Assembly (NCBI RefSeq): GCF_963921235.1
Contig: NC_086107.1
Location: 99,760,001 to 99,824,000 of the forward strand
Length of the DNA stretch: 64,000 nucleotides
Reading direction: 5' to 3'
Source: Mobula hypostoma
Lineage: Eukaryota
Position numbers and translations under genes: made by a program. The notes under the pieces are model-generated. The model was not told the origin of the DNA and did not search any database. It was given only the letters and a program-made list of their open reading frames with translations. Positions 35,281-47,697 of the stretch are shown in pieces; position 1 is the first letter of the stretch, and every line of letters starts with the position of its first letter.

Positions 35281-36195
35281 ACCTTGTTGTAGTTTGGAGA
35301 CTTCCGTGCCTCAATGACCCGGAGGGCTATGTTGTCTGGAGTCAGGGCTTTACGCTTTGGCTCTTGGTAGGGTCACCCATGCCAAACAGGTCAAAGGGTA
35401 GAGGACAGACTCAAGAGTAGCCCCCAGATCTCCAGTTTCTGGGGTTCAGCTCAGGACCAACAGCCCTGACTGGTCAAACAAAATTGTTACAGAAACAGCA
35501 ATGTTCTCAGTCCAACATCTGAGTGTTACAGTGTTCCTGAGTCCACAACTGGGACTTGCATGAGAGCCAGGAGTGACAACCAGGAGAAAGCTACTGACAT
35601 GATGAAGGAAGCTCTGAACACCACCAGTGATGGAAGACCTTCATCGCTGCCCTAAATGCCAGGGGCGTAACAGAAAGTGGCGAATATACAATTTGAACTT
35701 GATATTCTAGTCTCAGTAGCAGTGGTCTTGAAGACACCAGACTGCTGCAAAATCTCCTCTGGTTCACTAACAATTGTCAGGGGGAAAAAAATCTGCCACA
35801 CTTACTCAAGATTATCCTCTACGTGACTTCCAAGTACCGATTTGGTTGCCTTTTATCTGTCTGGTTAAGAGCAACAAAAGAAGTTCTAACCAGCACTGCC
35901 CATAATACAGCAACAGATGCAGAAGGAATCCTACTTCTGCAGAAACCAGAACCTGACACTGCAGAAGGAAATCAACACTGCGACCAATTCCCACCGCATT
36001 CTGACTCATTCACCACACAAATCAGTCATGGGGCTAGTAGTTACACGACCAAGCACAACTGCAACACTATGCTTACCGTCTTGCAACACCCCCCTGCACA
36101 AACCCTCACCTCTTCAGGGTTTGACCGGTATAGTCATTGCCACATACGGCACTGGAGAATCAGGATAGAAAGAAGGAGTTAACATATAGACTCAC

Positions 36196-36370
36196 GTATT
36201 GTGCCAAAGCTTTAATTCCACTGGGGAATCGATCAGGATCAGGAACCAGCCGTCCCTGAGAGTCCCTCTTCTTTGCCGCCCAGCAATCATCGATGTTCAC
36301 GTACTCGTAGCCAAGCTCCTTCCAGCCATCTTCTGCCAACCGATCGGCCATGTCCATGAACAAGCTCTCA
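36196..36370 (-). CDS. NAGA: NAGA coding exon 2
   Basis: [30 protein letters not shown]...[12 protein letters not shown] with the GH27 IDDCW motif. Boundaries cag/gtgagt, 175 nt, phase consistent. Confidence 0.97.
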
Positions 36371-37635
36371 CTGTTCACAGAGGGCACAGGGTTAAAACTT
36401 AGAATACTGTGTACTGATCTGGTCTTAGAAGGAGTTCAACAAAGGTTCTACAGATTGATTTCTGGAATGGAGGAGGGGAGGGAGATGAGTCCCATAAGGA
36501 GAGAGTAAACAAACGAAGCCTATTCTCTGGAGAGATGAAGAATGAAAGGTGATATCATTGATATAGTAGGTGATCTTTTTTTAATGTATTGCACTGCCCT
36601 GCTGCTGCAAAACAACAAATTTCATGATATACTGTATAAACCTGATTCTGAAAGGTGCACAGTTCTTATAGAACTTGATAGGATAGATACAACCCCGTTT
36701 GGATGGTTATAATTGGGGTTCATGTTTGAGCAAGGAATCTCTAGAATCAAGAACATTGGGAACATTTGAAATAAGGTCAACTTAAGTGCCATACAAATTA
36801 GAATGGATTGATGGGAAAAAAGGCCAATAACACTAATGAAATGTCATGGCCCAAAACGCTGATTGTCCAAAAATGCTGCCTGGCCTGTTGAGTTCCTCCA
36901 GCATTTTGTACGTGTTGCAGTGGAACAGAAACAGGCTACTATTAAGAGCAGGGAAATGTTTTGATTAAAAGGCATAGCTGGCTGGATCAGAGATAAATAA
37001 ATGGGAGGCTGGAATATATCTTAATTAAAGGAGACAAGCCAAGACACCATAAAAGGGCAAAAAGGGCAAGACCATAAATCACAGCACCTTGTGGGGGGGG
37101 GGAGGAGGGAGGCACAGTTGCTGTTTGGCAAAGGAACTTCCATTTGTCAAACAGTTAAGTGACAACCCCTGAAGAAATGAAACAAAGATCAAATAGCACA
37201 AATTAAAGTGGGTTACTGATGAGATTGTAAATTCTGTATGAAACTATTGTAACACAAATACTATAAATTGTTGGAATTTTTTTTTAAGAATCAGTATTGA
37301 ACTCTCACTAGAAGAGCTCCCCAGTATACACTGTAATCGGGTCTGAATAAATTTGTTTGAGAAACTCAACGCTGTTTTACAAGAGATTTCCTTTGTGTGC
37401 TGTCCTGATCTAAGCTGTAATTAAGAGGCAACTGGGCACCGTGTGAAAGTCAGATTCAGGGTCAAGGTTTAGTTGAGATGGGAAGAAACCACCTTACCGT
37501 AAGGATGGTGAGTCTTAGGAATTCTTTACAAAGTGGGCTGCGGTGGCTCAGTCATTGAATACTCTCAAAACACAGGTCTAAGTTTTTTGAGTATTAAAGG
37601 AATAAAGACATATAGGATCAGTGCAGGACAGTGGT

Positions 37636-38060
37636 GCTGGGTGACATCAGATGGCAGGTGCGACATGGACATCAAAAGAAGAATAGGGATGGCAAAAGAC
37701 ACCTTTACGAGAATGTGGTTTTTGAGGAGGATGCAAAGAATATCATGAACGAAACGAATATCTAATGAAGACGTCATGAGCAGAGCAAACACAAAAAGAG
37801 AAATAAAGTATGAGATCATGAAAAGGCAACGTAACTTCATTGGACATGTGATTAGGAAAGAGGAGTTAGAATGCACAGTAATTATGGGAAAGATTGAAGG
37901 GAAGAAAGCAAGAGGAAGACAAAGACAAATGATGATGAAGACAGCAGCCAGAGAACTGGAAATGAATACCAATGAATTGATCCACTTGACCCGAAACAGG
38001 AGTGTGTGGGCCATGGCAGTCAAAGCCATGGGCACGGCACCTGATGATGATGATGATGAT
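37636..38060 (+). mobile_element. RTE-clade 3' fragment
   Basis: DIKRRIGMAK, FIGHVIRKEELE, GKIEGKKARGRQR. (gat)n tail. Confidence 0.8.
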
Positions 38061-38618
38061 TCAAATGGCCCAGTCCTGCCTCTGTTTCAGAAGCTCTTTT
38101 CTTCTTAAGTTACCAAGTTTCATCAGAGCATGACCTCAGAAGCTCTGAGGTCACAAAATCCATTCCCCAACACGAGTCAATGCCACTGGGAATAGGACCC
38201 TGAGAAGAGCCAAGGATCCACCCACCATCAGGAACCTGGCGAGAGATAATATCCACACACACAAAAAAAAGGTCCCTTTGTGAAAGGGAATGTCAGCAAG
38301 TAAGGATGCGGCTGACTGTCAGTGCTCCAGTGCTCCAGACCAGGAGAGCTTGGTGAGCACTCACCTCCCTGGAGATGGGAGTTTGGCAACAGCTGGCATC
38401 ACCAACAAAGGGATCTTGACTACAGTCAGCACCCTCAGTGAACTGTCCATCCACCAGGACCCCACAGGCATCTATTCTCCTGGTAATGGGACGGTGTACA
38501 AGACCTTGTCATGAACCTCAGTGGTGAAGAATTTCCACATTCATCCAGCGAATCCTACTCAACTCCTCACTGAGATTTCCTGTGACACGTCTCAGTGCCT
38601 GGGAGTAACTGGCCTCAC

Positions 38619-38770
38619 CTGATGCAGTTTTTGGGGTCCGTGGCGCAGTCAATGTTGCAGCGAAACCGTTCCCATGCCAGCCAGCCCATGGGAGGGGTCC
38701 TCATGAGGCCATTGTCCAGGGATAGAGCGAAATGGGCAAGCAGCACAAGAGGGAAAACCAGCAGCTCCAT
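38619..38770 (-). CDS. NAGA: NAGA first coding exon (signal peptide + [25 protein letters not shown]...)
   Basis: Translates [50 protein letters not shown](S), the GH27 N-terminus. Acceptor cag before 38790, in-frame TGA two codons upstream of the ATG, donor gtgagg after 38619. 152 coding nt. Confidence 0.96.
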
Positions 38771-39074
38771 CACTCACAGCCTTCAGCAACCTGTATAGTT
38801 AACAGAAAGAGAATGATGTAGCAGTGAGGCACGGAGCTCTGTCCCTCAGCTAACTCTGATGAGGACCTTTGCAAACTAGTCCTATGTGTCTGCAACTCAT
38901 CTCCCATCTTCCCTATCCAATTTCCTTTTGAAAGTTTTTATTGCATCTTTCCTCCCCCAATGTTCTTTTAGACAGCCCACTTCAGAACGCACCTCCCTGC
39001 ACAAAACCTTTCTCAGCTCAGCCCTGGTTCATATACCAACTGTCCAAAATCAGTCCCTACTTATTACTAACTGT

Positions 39075-39570
39075 CAGTCCATGGCCTCCTCTACTGCCGC
39101 GATGAGGCCACATTCAGGTTGGAGGAGCAACACTTTATATTCCGTCTGGGTATCCTCCAACCTGATGGCATGAACATTGACTTCTCAATCTTCCGGTAAT
39201 GCGCCCCCACCCCCCACTTCACCATTCCCCATTCCTGTTTCCCTATCTCGCCTCATCTGGTACTCCTCCTCCTTCCTTATTTCTCCACAGTCTTCTGTCC
39301 TCTCCTATCAGACTCCCCCTTCTCCAGTCCTGTATCTCTTTCACCAATCAACTTCCCAGCTCTTTACTTCACCCCTCCCCCTCTCCCAGTTTCACCTCTC
39401 ACCTTGGACTTTTTCTTCCTCTTCCCCCCCTCCCCCACCTTCTTACTCTGACTCCTCTTCTTTTTTTCCCAGTCCTGAAGAAGGGTCTCAGCCAGAAATG
39501 TCGATTGTTTACTCTTTTCCACAGATGCTGCCTGGCCTGCTGAGTTGCTCCAGCTTTTTTGTGCGTCCTG
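39075..39570 (+). mobile_element. Penelope-like 3' fragment
   Basis: Homologous to 30733-31543 (GIY-YIG end, pyrimidine tract, cctgaagaagggtctc...gaaa motif). Confidence 0.8.
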
Positions 39571-41422
39571 CTAGTGAAACAGTTTCTCCTCATTTACTTC
39601 ACATAAAGCACTCAAAATCTCAGGTACAAAATTGAGGAGGATTGCTGTTATGAAACAGCTGCGTTACAAGAAACGATTGAGCATACACTCTCTGAAGAGT
39701 TTAAGAATGGACGATGATCACACCGAAATATTCAGGACCCTGCGTCTGGAGGGCTTAGGAGACAGGGGCAGAGGATGGTGATCCACAGGGTGGGTGCTAT
39801 GAGGATGTCTACCTTGGTAAGTGAGCATAAGGGGTCAATTGATAACGAGGAGGAGTTTGTCCTCTCCAAACAAAAAGAAGCAAAACTTTGGAATTCTCTG
39901 CAAGTAAATGCAGATAATTAAAGGCCCTCAACCCTAATGCCAGGTAGAAAAAGCCAAACTATAGGTTGCATTTCAAACTTTTTGGGAAGCAATCAGAGTT
40001 CCCCTCCCCACACCATCCTTTCCATCCGGCCTATTGTACTTCCTGATCGCCAGTTCCTAAAATCAACCCAACAGGAAATAGCCTTACTTGTTGGAAGAAG
40101 GAAGATGAAACTGGGCTATATCCCTACTCCTACTCCTCAGATAGGTACATTTACCCATTCCTCAGATCGAGATCCACAACATTCTTCAGTGGGAGGGAGA
40201 GCAGCCAGAGGTCACGGTCCACGCTCATGCCAATGACCTGAATAAGGTGGGTGGTAGGTCCTGGAAAGTGAGTTCAGGGAGTTAGGTGCTAAGTTAAAGG
40301 ACAGGACCACCAGGGTTGTGATCTCAGCTTTGCTACTTGTGCCACGTGCCACTGAGACCAGAAATAGGAAGATTATACAGTTGAACACATGGATAATGAG
40401 TTGGTGCAGGAGGGAGGGCTTCAGATTTTTGGATCATTGAGGTCTCTTTCAGGGAAGGTGATAACTGTGCAGAAAGGACGACTAGCACCAGAACTGGAGG
40501 GGGGACTAATATTCTATTTGGAAGGTTTGCTACTGCTGCACTGGGGGTGGGGGGGGGGGGGCTCATTTAAATCAGAGTTACAGGAGGATGGGAACAGAGC
40601 ACCAGAACAGGTAGTGGACTGGTTGTGGAGAAAGATGTTGTTAAGCCTACCTAAAGTTGAGCAGATATTCTGAGCTCTGTATATTTCAATGCAATGTAAG
40701 AAAGGCAGACAAGCTTAGGGCATGGATCAGCATGTAGAATTATGACAACGATTGTAGCCGTTAGTGAGACCTGGTTACAGAAGGGGCAGGACTGGCAGCT
40801 CAACATTCCGGGGTTCTGTCAGGACAGACTGGAGAGCTTGAATAGTGACGCTTTAAGGGCAGAACTGAGGAATAAGAAAGGTATGACCACGTTAATGTGA
40901 TTATATTATAGACCACCCAACAGTCCACGGGACTTAGAGGAGCAAATTTGTAGAGAGATCGCAGACTGTTGCAAGAACTATACGTTATGTTAGTAGGTGA
41001 TTTTAACTTTCCACATAATGACTGGGACTCCCAATCTGTAAAAGAGCTGGATAGGAAAGAATTTGTCGAATGTATTCAGAAAAGTTTCCTTAATCTGTAT
41101 AGAAGTCCCAACTAGAAAGAATGCAATACTAGATCTCCTATTAGGAAATGAGACGGGGCAGGTGGTAGAAGTTTGTGTAGGAGAACACTTTGCACCTAGT
41201 AATCAAAATGTCGTTAGTTCCAAGGTAATTTTGGAAAAGGATTGGACTGGTCCATGGGTTGGCATTCTAAATTGGAGAAAGGCCAATTTTGATGTTATCA
41301 GAAAGAATCTGGTGAGTATGAATTGGGACAGGCTGTGTTCTGGCAAAGGTATACTTGGTAAGTGGGAGGCCTTCAAGTGAAATTTTGAGAGTACGGAGCT
41401 TATATGTTCTGGTCAAAGTAAA

Positions 41423-42561
41423 TTTCATGCTACAGATGATCTGTGAACGAACCATCCAGGTACAAAAAGACATCTACCTATGTTTCATTGACTATACAAA
41501 GGCTTTTGACACTGTCAGACAGCAAGATCTTCTGGAAATGCTTCAAGACCTTGACATGGATGGGAAAGATATACGTTTCTTAAGAAACTTGTACTGGGAC
41601 CAGACAGCATCCATCAGAATAGAAGGAGAAGTGAGTGAGTATGTGAATATCATGAGAGGAGTCAGGCAAGGTTGTGTCTTTTCGCCAGACTTATTCAACC
41701 TGTAGAGTGAAAATATCTTGAGAAGTATCAAAGATATCAAAGAATTTGCAATTGGAGGCCGTAATATACATAACATCAGATATGCTGATGACATCGTACT
41801 AATAGCTGACTCAGAAACAAAACTTCAAGAACTACTCACTATAGTGGCAGCAGAAAGTAATCGCAGAAGCCTCTCAATCAACACCAAGACGACAGAAAGC
41901 ATGGTCATCTCCAGAAAGACAAACATCCCACAAAGTGTGATCAAGATCGGAAATACAAACATCAAACAAGTCAACAAATTCAAATATCTTGGCAGCCTGA
42001 TAACAAGTGACGGCAGGTGCAACACAGATATCAAATACAGAATAGCAATGGCGAAAGAAGCTTTCCAAAAAATGAAGATCATATTAACAGACAGAAAGAT
42101 GAGCACGTACACTAAAAACAGAATACTGCAGTGCTACATTTATTCTATCCTGACTTATGGAAGTGAATGCTGGACCATTTCTCCAGCAATGGAAAAGAGA
42201 CAAGAAACAGCTGAATTATGGTTCAATAGGAGAATGTTAAAAATATCATGGACCACACACACATCAAATGAAGAAGTTCTCAGAAGAACCCAAGCAGTTC
42301 GATCACTCATACCAACAATAAGAGAAAGACAACTCAGATTCCTAGGATACATCATGCGGAAAGATGAACTAGAAAATCTCATACTCTCTGGAAAGATTGA
42401 GGGGAGCAAACCTAGAGGAAGACCTCGGCTTATGTACGTCAAAAGCCTAGCCAGGTGGCTACACATCGAGGAAATGGAAGTCATCCAAAAAACGAAGGAT
42501 AGATCTATATGGAAAACCATGGTCAACAAAGTCCGCATCGGACACGGTACCTAGACAGACA
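41423..42561 (+). mobile_element. 5'-truncated RTE-clade LINE
   Basis: FIDYTKAFD, RGVRQGCVFSPDLFNL, IRYADD, FKYLGS, GKIEGSKPRGRPR. (agac)n tail. TSD gtcaaagtaaa at 41412-41422 and 42562-42572. Confidence 0.9.
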
Positions 42562-42790
42562 GTCAAAGTAAAAGTCAAGAATAACAGATTTATGAAACCT
42601 TGGTTTTCAAGAGAGATTGAGGCCCTGGTTATGAAAGGAGAGGTGCATTGCAGTGAGAGGCAGGCAGAAACAAATGAGGTATTTGAGTATAAAAATGCAA
42701 GAGGACACATCAGAAGGAAATCAGGAGGGCTAAAAGAGGTTGCTCTAGCAGTCAAACTGTAGAAGAATCCCAAAGGCTTCTACCAATATA

Positions 42791-43571
42791 CAATTGGCCC
42801 TCCTTATCCGCGGGTTCCGCATGCGCAGATTCAACCAACCGCGGATCGGGAAAACCCGGAAGTTTTCTCTCCAGCACTCGTTGTTTGAGCACATACAGAC
42901 TATTTTTTCTTGTCATTATTCCCTAAACAACATCGTATAACAACTATTTACATAGCATTTACATCGTATTAGGTATAAGTAATCTAGAGATGATTTAAAA
43001 GTACAGGCAGTCCCCGGGTTATGAACGAGTTCCATTCCTGAGTCCGCCTTTAAGTCAGAACAGGTACATCCGGTATTATTTAGCATGAGTTAGTCAAATG
43101 TTTGCCTAAGTATATAGTATATATTTTACCTTTCTATGCATATAAAACACTTAAGAAACGTACGTATTTCAATAATTAAACCACAGCGTTGCTTAGTAAT
43201 AATTGTAGCTTTCATCGGGCAGGGCCTTTCACATGTGCCATTAAAATTGTTCCGATCGTTGACCGACTGTAGCCTAACGCTTTTCCAATGACCGATGGCG
43301 TTTCACCTCTTTCCGATCGCTTTATTATTTCCACTTTATTTTCAATCGTGATCGTGATTATTTTCGTGAACAGAAACACTGCGGATTCAGAGCTCCGCCG
43401 CCGGGTCCTAATGTCCACCGCACCAAGACTGGTTAAATAAGGTCCAAGGTTCTGCTGGGTCCTAAAGACCACCGCACTGGGCAGGTTGAATAAGGGACTT
43501 GAGCATCCGCGTTTTTTGGTATCCGCGAGGGGTCCCAGAACCAATCCCCCGCGGATAAGGAGGGCCGACTG
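42791..43571 (-). mobile_element. Tigger/pogo-family non-autonomous DNA transposon (MER2-like ends, HTH remnant)
   Basis: TA flanks. TIRs caattggccctccttatccgcggg / cccgcggataaggagggccgactg. Internal CENP-B-type HTH remnant ITIENKVEIIKRSERGETPSVIGKALGYSRSTIGTIL. Confidence 0.85.
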
Positions 43572-44166
43572 TATTAAGCGCAAAAGGATTGCAAAGGACA
43601 AAATTAGTCCTCCAGAAGATCAGATTGGTAATCTATGCATGGAGCCAAAAGAGATGGGGGAGATCTTAAAACTGATTTTTTTTTTGCATCTGTATTTACT
43701 CAGGAGACGGACACAGAGTCTATAGATGCGAGGCAATGCAGCAGCAAGGACATGGACCCTGTACAGATTACAGAGGAGGAGGTGTTTGCTGTCTTGAGGC
43801 AAATTACGATAGATAAATCCCCAGGAGCTGACAAGGTGTTCCCTCGGACCTTATTGGGGGGGGGGGGAGAAGGCTAGTGCACAAATTGCAGGGGCTTTGG
43901 CAAAGATATTTAAAACATCACTAGTCATGGGTGAGACACCATAGGATTGGAGGATGGATAATGTTGTTCCATTGTTTAAGAGAGGCTCTAAGAATAAGCC
44001 AGGAAATTATAGGCCGGTGAATTTGACAGCAGTAGTGGGAAAGTATTCTAAGGGACAGGATATATATAAGTATCTGGATAGACAGGGACTGATTAGAGAT
44101 AGTGAAAAACATGGCTTTGTGCATGGTAATTTGTGTCTAACCAACCTTATAGAGTTTTTCAAGGAA

Positions 44167-44403
44167 AACGTGGCCAAGTGGTTAAGGCATTCATCTAGTG
44201 ATCTGAAGGTTGCTAGTTCGAGCCTCAGCTGTGGCAGCATGTTTGTGTCCTTGAGCAAGGCACTTAACCACACATTGCTCTAGTGTGTGTGTGTGAGGAG
44301 TGGCGCCCCACACAGACTTCCAATCTGCGCCTTGTAAGGCACGAAAATTTCCGACACAGGCCTCTCATGGTCTGAGTTGACGTTCCCCTCCCCGCCCCCC
44401 CCC
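44167..44403 (+). mobile_element. tRNA-derived SINE (same head, different 3' part) inserted in a CR1
   Basis: tggccaagtggttaagg...gttcgag head. TSD caaggaa at 44160-44166 and 44404-44410. Confidence 0.75.
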
Positions 44404-46102
44404 CAAGGAAGATACCAGGAAAGCTGATGAAGGCAAAGCAGTGGATGTTGTCTACATGGACTTTAGGAAGGACTTTGACAAGGTCCCACATGGGAGGTTA
44501 GTCAAAAAGGTTCAATCTCTTGACATTCAAGATGAGGTAGTAAATTGGATTAGACAATGGCTTCAAGAGAGCTAGAAAGTGGTTGTAGTTGGTTGCCTCT
44601 GTGAGTGGAGGCCTGTGACTAGTGGTGTGCTGCAGGGATCGGAGCTGGATATGTTGTTGTTTGTCATCTATATCAATGATCTGGATAATAACGTGGTAAA
44701 CTGGATCAGCAAATCGATGATTGAGGGGTATAGTGGACAGTGAGGAAGACTGTCAAAGCTCGCAGAGGGTTCTGGACCAGCTCAAAAAATGGGCAGATGG
44801 AATTTAATGCCGACAAATTTTGCACTTTGGGAGGACCAACCAGGGTAGGTCTTCCACAGTGAGTGGTAGGCCACTGAGGAATGTGGTAGAGCAGAGGGAT
44901 CTGGGAATACAGACCAATAATTCATTGAAAGTGGCGTCACAAGTAGATAGGATCGTAAAGAAAGCTTTTGGAACATTGACCTTCATAAATCAATGTGCTG
45001 AGTACAGGAGTTGGGATGTTATGTCGAAGTTGCATAAGACATTGGTGAGGTCAAAGTTGGTCACCTGCCTACAGAAAAGATGTAAGTAAGATTGAAAGAG
45101 TGCAGAGAAAATTTACAAGGATGCTGCCGGGACTTGAGGACCTGAGTTATAGGGAACAGCTGAATAGGTTAGTACTTTATTCCCTAGAACATAGTAGAAG
45201 ATTGAGGGCAGATTTGATAGAGACATACAAAATTATGAGGGGTACAGACAGGGTAAATGCAAGCAGGCTTTTTCCACTGAGGTTGGGTGAGACTAGAACT
45301 AGAGGTCATAGGTTAAGGGTAAAAGGTGAAATGTTTAAGGGGAACATGAGGGGAAACGTCTTCACTCAGAGTGTGGAATGAGCTGCCATTGCAAGTGGTG
45401 GATGTGAGGTCAGCTTCAACATTTAAGAGAAGTTTGGATAGGTACATGGATGGGAGGGGTATGGAGGGGTCCAGGTGCAAGTTGATAGGACTAGGCAGAT
45501 TAATGGTTCGGCATGGACTCGACGGACCGAATGACCTGTTTCTGTGCTGTCATGTTCTATGACTATATTTCATATCATACCTAGTCTCCCTGACCCTCGC
45601 CCCACTTACCAAGCTGGCCATACAATAGCTGGCAATGGGCTACACACGCCTCACCGTCACCCCAGCTGAGAGAAATTTATTTTCCTTCTTCCCAAACACC
45701 CCCATAGCCCGTCCACCAAAGCAACCGAGTTCCAAAGCTCAAACGAGCTCATACACTGTTCTAACCCAAACACACATCACAGCCACTGGCAAGAAGTTCT
45801 GCTATTGTTGCTAACGCTTCTTTGCCTTCCCGTTTGCCCATCTCTGCCACCATTCACTAACACTTAGTATCTATCTCTCTCTCCATCGCGATGTGCATGA
45901 TCGTTCTACCGCCGCCCCCTTCCAATATTCTCTCCATTTCCCACCCTGCCTCCCTCTCTCCCATTGCTCGTGCTTCATTCATCATCCTCTCTTCCTCTGC
46001 CAACGATCCCTTCCTCCACTACCTCCTTTCCCCACCCCTCCTGTTTCCCTCTGCCACTTTTAGCAATCTCCCTCCCTCTTGCCCCCGTTGCCACTTACTT
46101 AC

Positions 46103-46480
46103 CCACCACCGATCCTTGCTCAGTTGCAGTCCAGGAGTTAGAGTTGAAACCCCAGGATCAGCTGACTCGTGTCACCTGACAACAAACCTCAACCTTCGTT
46201 CGCACCTCCCATGTCACAGGCGCGCTCCCGGTAGTTCGCGCCAAGGTCGAGAGCGAGAGCAGCCAAAGCTCCCGCGACACTGCCACCTGCAGTTCGCCTC
46301 TGGCGTAACCTCTTCCGTGCCACATCGACTGCCCCCACACCCAGTCCGGGCCTTGTTTAAGTATAAATTCGATATTTTATATATTCATCGTTTACATTAC
46401 AGGAGGTGCAGTGCCGACCTAACGAGTGATTGCGATTCCCATCTCCCATGGATACGTAGGCACGAAATAGAAACGTGAAC
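46103..46480 (-). promoter_or_regulatory. NAGA: Candidate NAGA promoter / non-coding first exon (CpG-rich)
   Basis: The ATG exon has a splice acceptor, so an upstream exon is needed. CpG-rich non-repeat stretch, strong minus-strand donor tgg|gtaagt at 46103/46102, CLEAR/E-box-like palindromes at 46157-46166 and 46171-46180. The exact TSS is unknown. Confidence 0.55.
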
Positions 46481-47432
46481 ATTTATGAAGGGAAATTACT
46501 TAATTTACAAATAATGAGAAAAATGGATCATTTTAAAGCAAGGATTGAAAACTGTCGTGCATCTGCGTTCGATTACCCATATCCTTAGTTTTGACTCATG
46601 CAATGTCATTCATAATTCAAATAATTTCAGATCAGAAATAACTTAGAATCATCGAATTAAAGTGCTAGGAGTCATTCTGGCCATCGATGTCATATAAAAC
46701 CCTGTAATACAGATCATTTATTCCCAATCCCACGTTCATTTCCTCAAGTACCTTTCCAATTCTCATGTGAAAGCATTGCTTCAATGATTTCAGCAACATT
46801 ATAGGCAGCAAGTATTAGATTATTACCGAACAAAAGATTTGTCCTGAGGAAGGGTCTCGGCCCAAAACCTCAGATGCACTCCTTGCCATATACAAACAAC
46901 AAAAAACCTGCAGATGCTGGAAATCCAGCAGTTTGTATGTCTTGCTACTTTCCATAGATGCTGCCTGGCCTGCAGAGTTCCTCCAGCATTGTGTGCGTGC
47001 GTGCGTGTGTGTTGCAAAAGATTTCCTCTTGCATTGCATCTGCTTCTTTTGCCCTTCAGTTTGAATCCGTGCTCCTTGCCTTTGAATCATTTGTTAATTA
47101 GACCACTTTCCTTCTGATTACCTCTCTTTCTGTCACCCTCCTCCCTTCGTCTGATTTTCCAGCCTAACAGTCCCGGAGCTATTCCAATAAATCTCAAAAG
47201 AATTTGCAACTAATTAAGTCTTTTTTAAAGTGTAATCAGTGACAATAGGGTTTGTGTGCAATCCATCTGTTGTGGGAGTAAACCACTTGGCCCTTCGATT
47301 TAGATCTTAACACTATCGTTCACTTTTGTTCTACACATTCCAGTTGCCTTTTTAAGTAAATATCGATCACCAACTATTACCGACCCTTTAACGCAGTTTG
47401 GTTTGGAGGTCCCTACTGTGTTGATTCCGGCG

Positions 47433-47545
47433 CCATAGCAACCAGTTGCCATGAGAACCCAGTCAAAGGCGGGGAGATGCCTTTAAAAAATGCGTGACGT
47501 CAGCAGTGAGCAACGTCCGCTTTCCTTCCACAGACATGGCGGCTT
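47433..47545 (+). promoter_or_regulatory. SMDT1: SMDT1 proximal promoter motifs
   Basis: RFX X-box-like GTTGCCATGAGAAC (47445-47458), GC box (~47467-47474), full CRE TGACGTCA (47495-47502), YY1-like ACATGGCGGC overlapping the ATG. Confidence 0.55.
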
Positions 47546-47697
47546 TTGGGCGGTCTCTGTTCGGTCTCAGAAACACCCTAAGGGTCGGGGTAACCCGGGG
47601 CTTGTTGAACCCCCAGATCAAACCTGGGAGGCAGCTGGATTCGGCCCGAAACATGCTGGTGACAAAATCGGGAGCCATTTTACCCAAACCTGAAAAG
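47536..47697 (+). CDS. SMDT1: SMDT1/EMRE exon 1 (mitochondrial targeting peptide)
   Basis: MAAFGRSLFGLRNTLRVGVTRG...LVTKSGAILPKPEK then gtaagg. Arg-rich presequence plus the conserved TxSGAILPKP motif. Confidence 0.95.

Larger units (their letters stand above)
40250..45562 (+). mobile_element. Degenerate CR1 LINE interrupted by an RTE, a Tigger-type element and a SINE
   Basis: ORF1 end, endonuclease remnants (AILDLLLGNE), RT remnants (DKSPGAD, NYRPVNLT, FDKVPH), ttctatga tail. Many stops. Confidence 0.85.

Noticed and set aside
18767..38770. Alpha-galactosidase A (GLA) as the gene identity
   Set aside because: SCSWPA rather than SCEWPL, the exon structure, and synteny with SMDT1/NDUFA6 all indicate NAGA.
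45891..46478. 195-aa ORF as a novel gene
   Set aside because: Low-complexity Pro/Ser/Leu translation of a pyrimidine-rich, CpG-rich promoter region with no recognisable domain.
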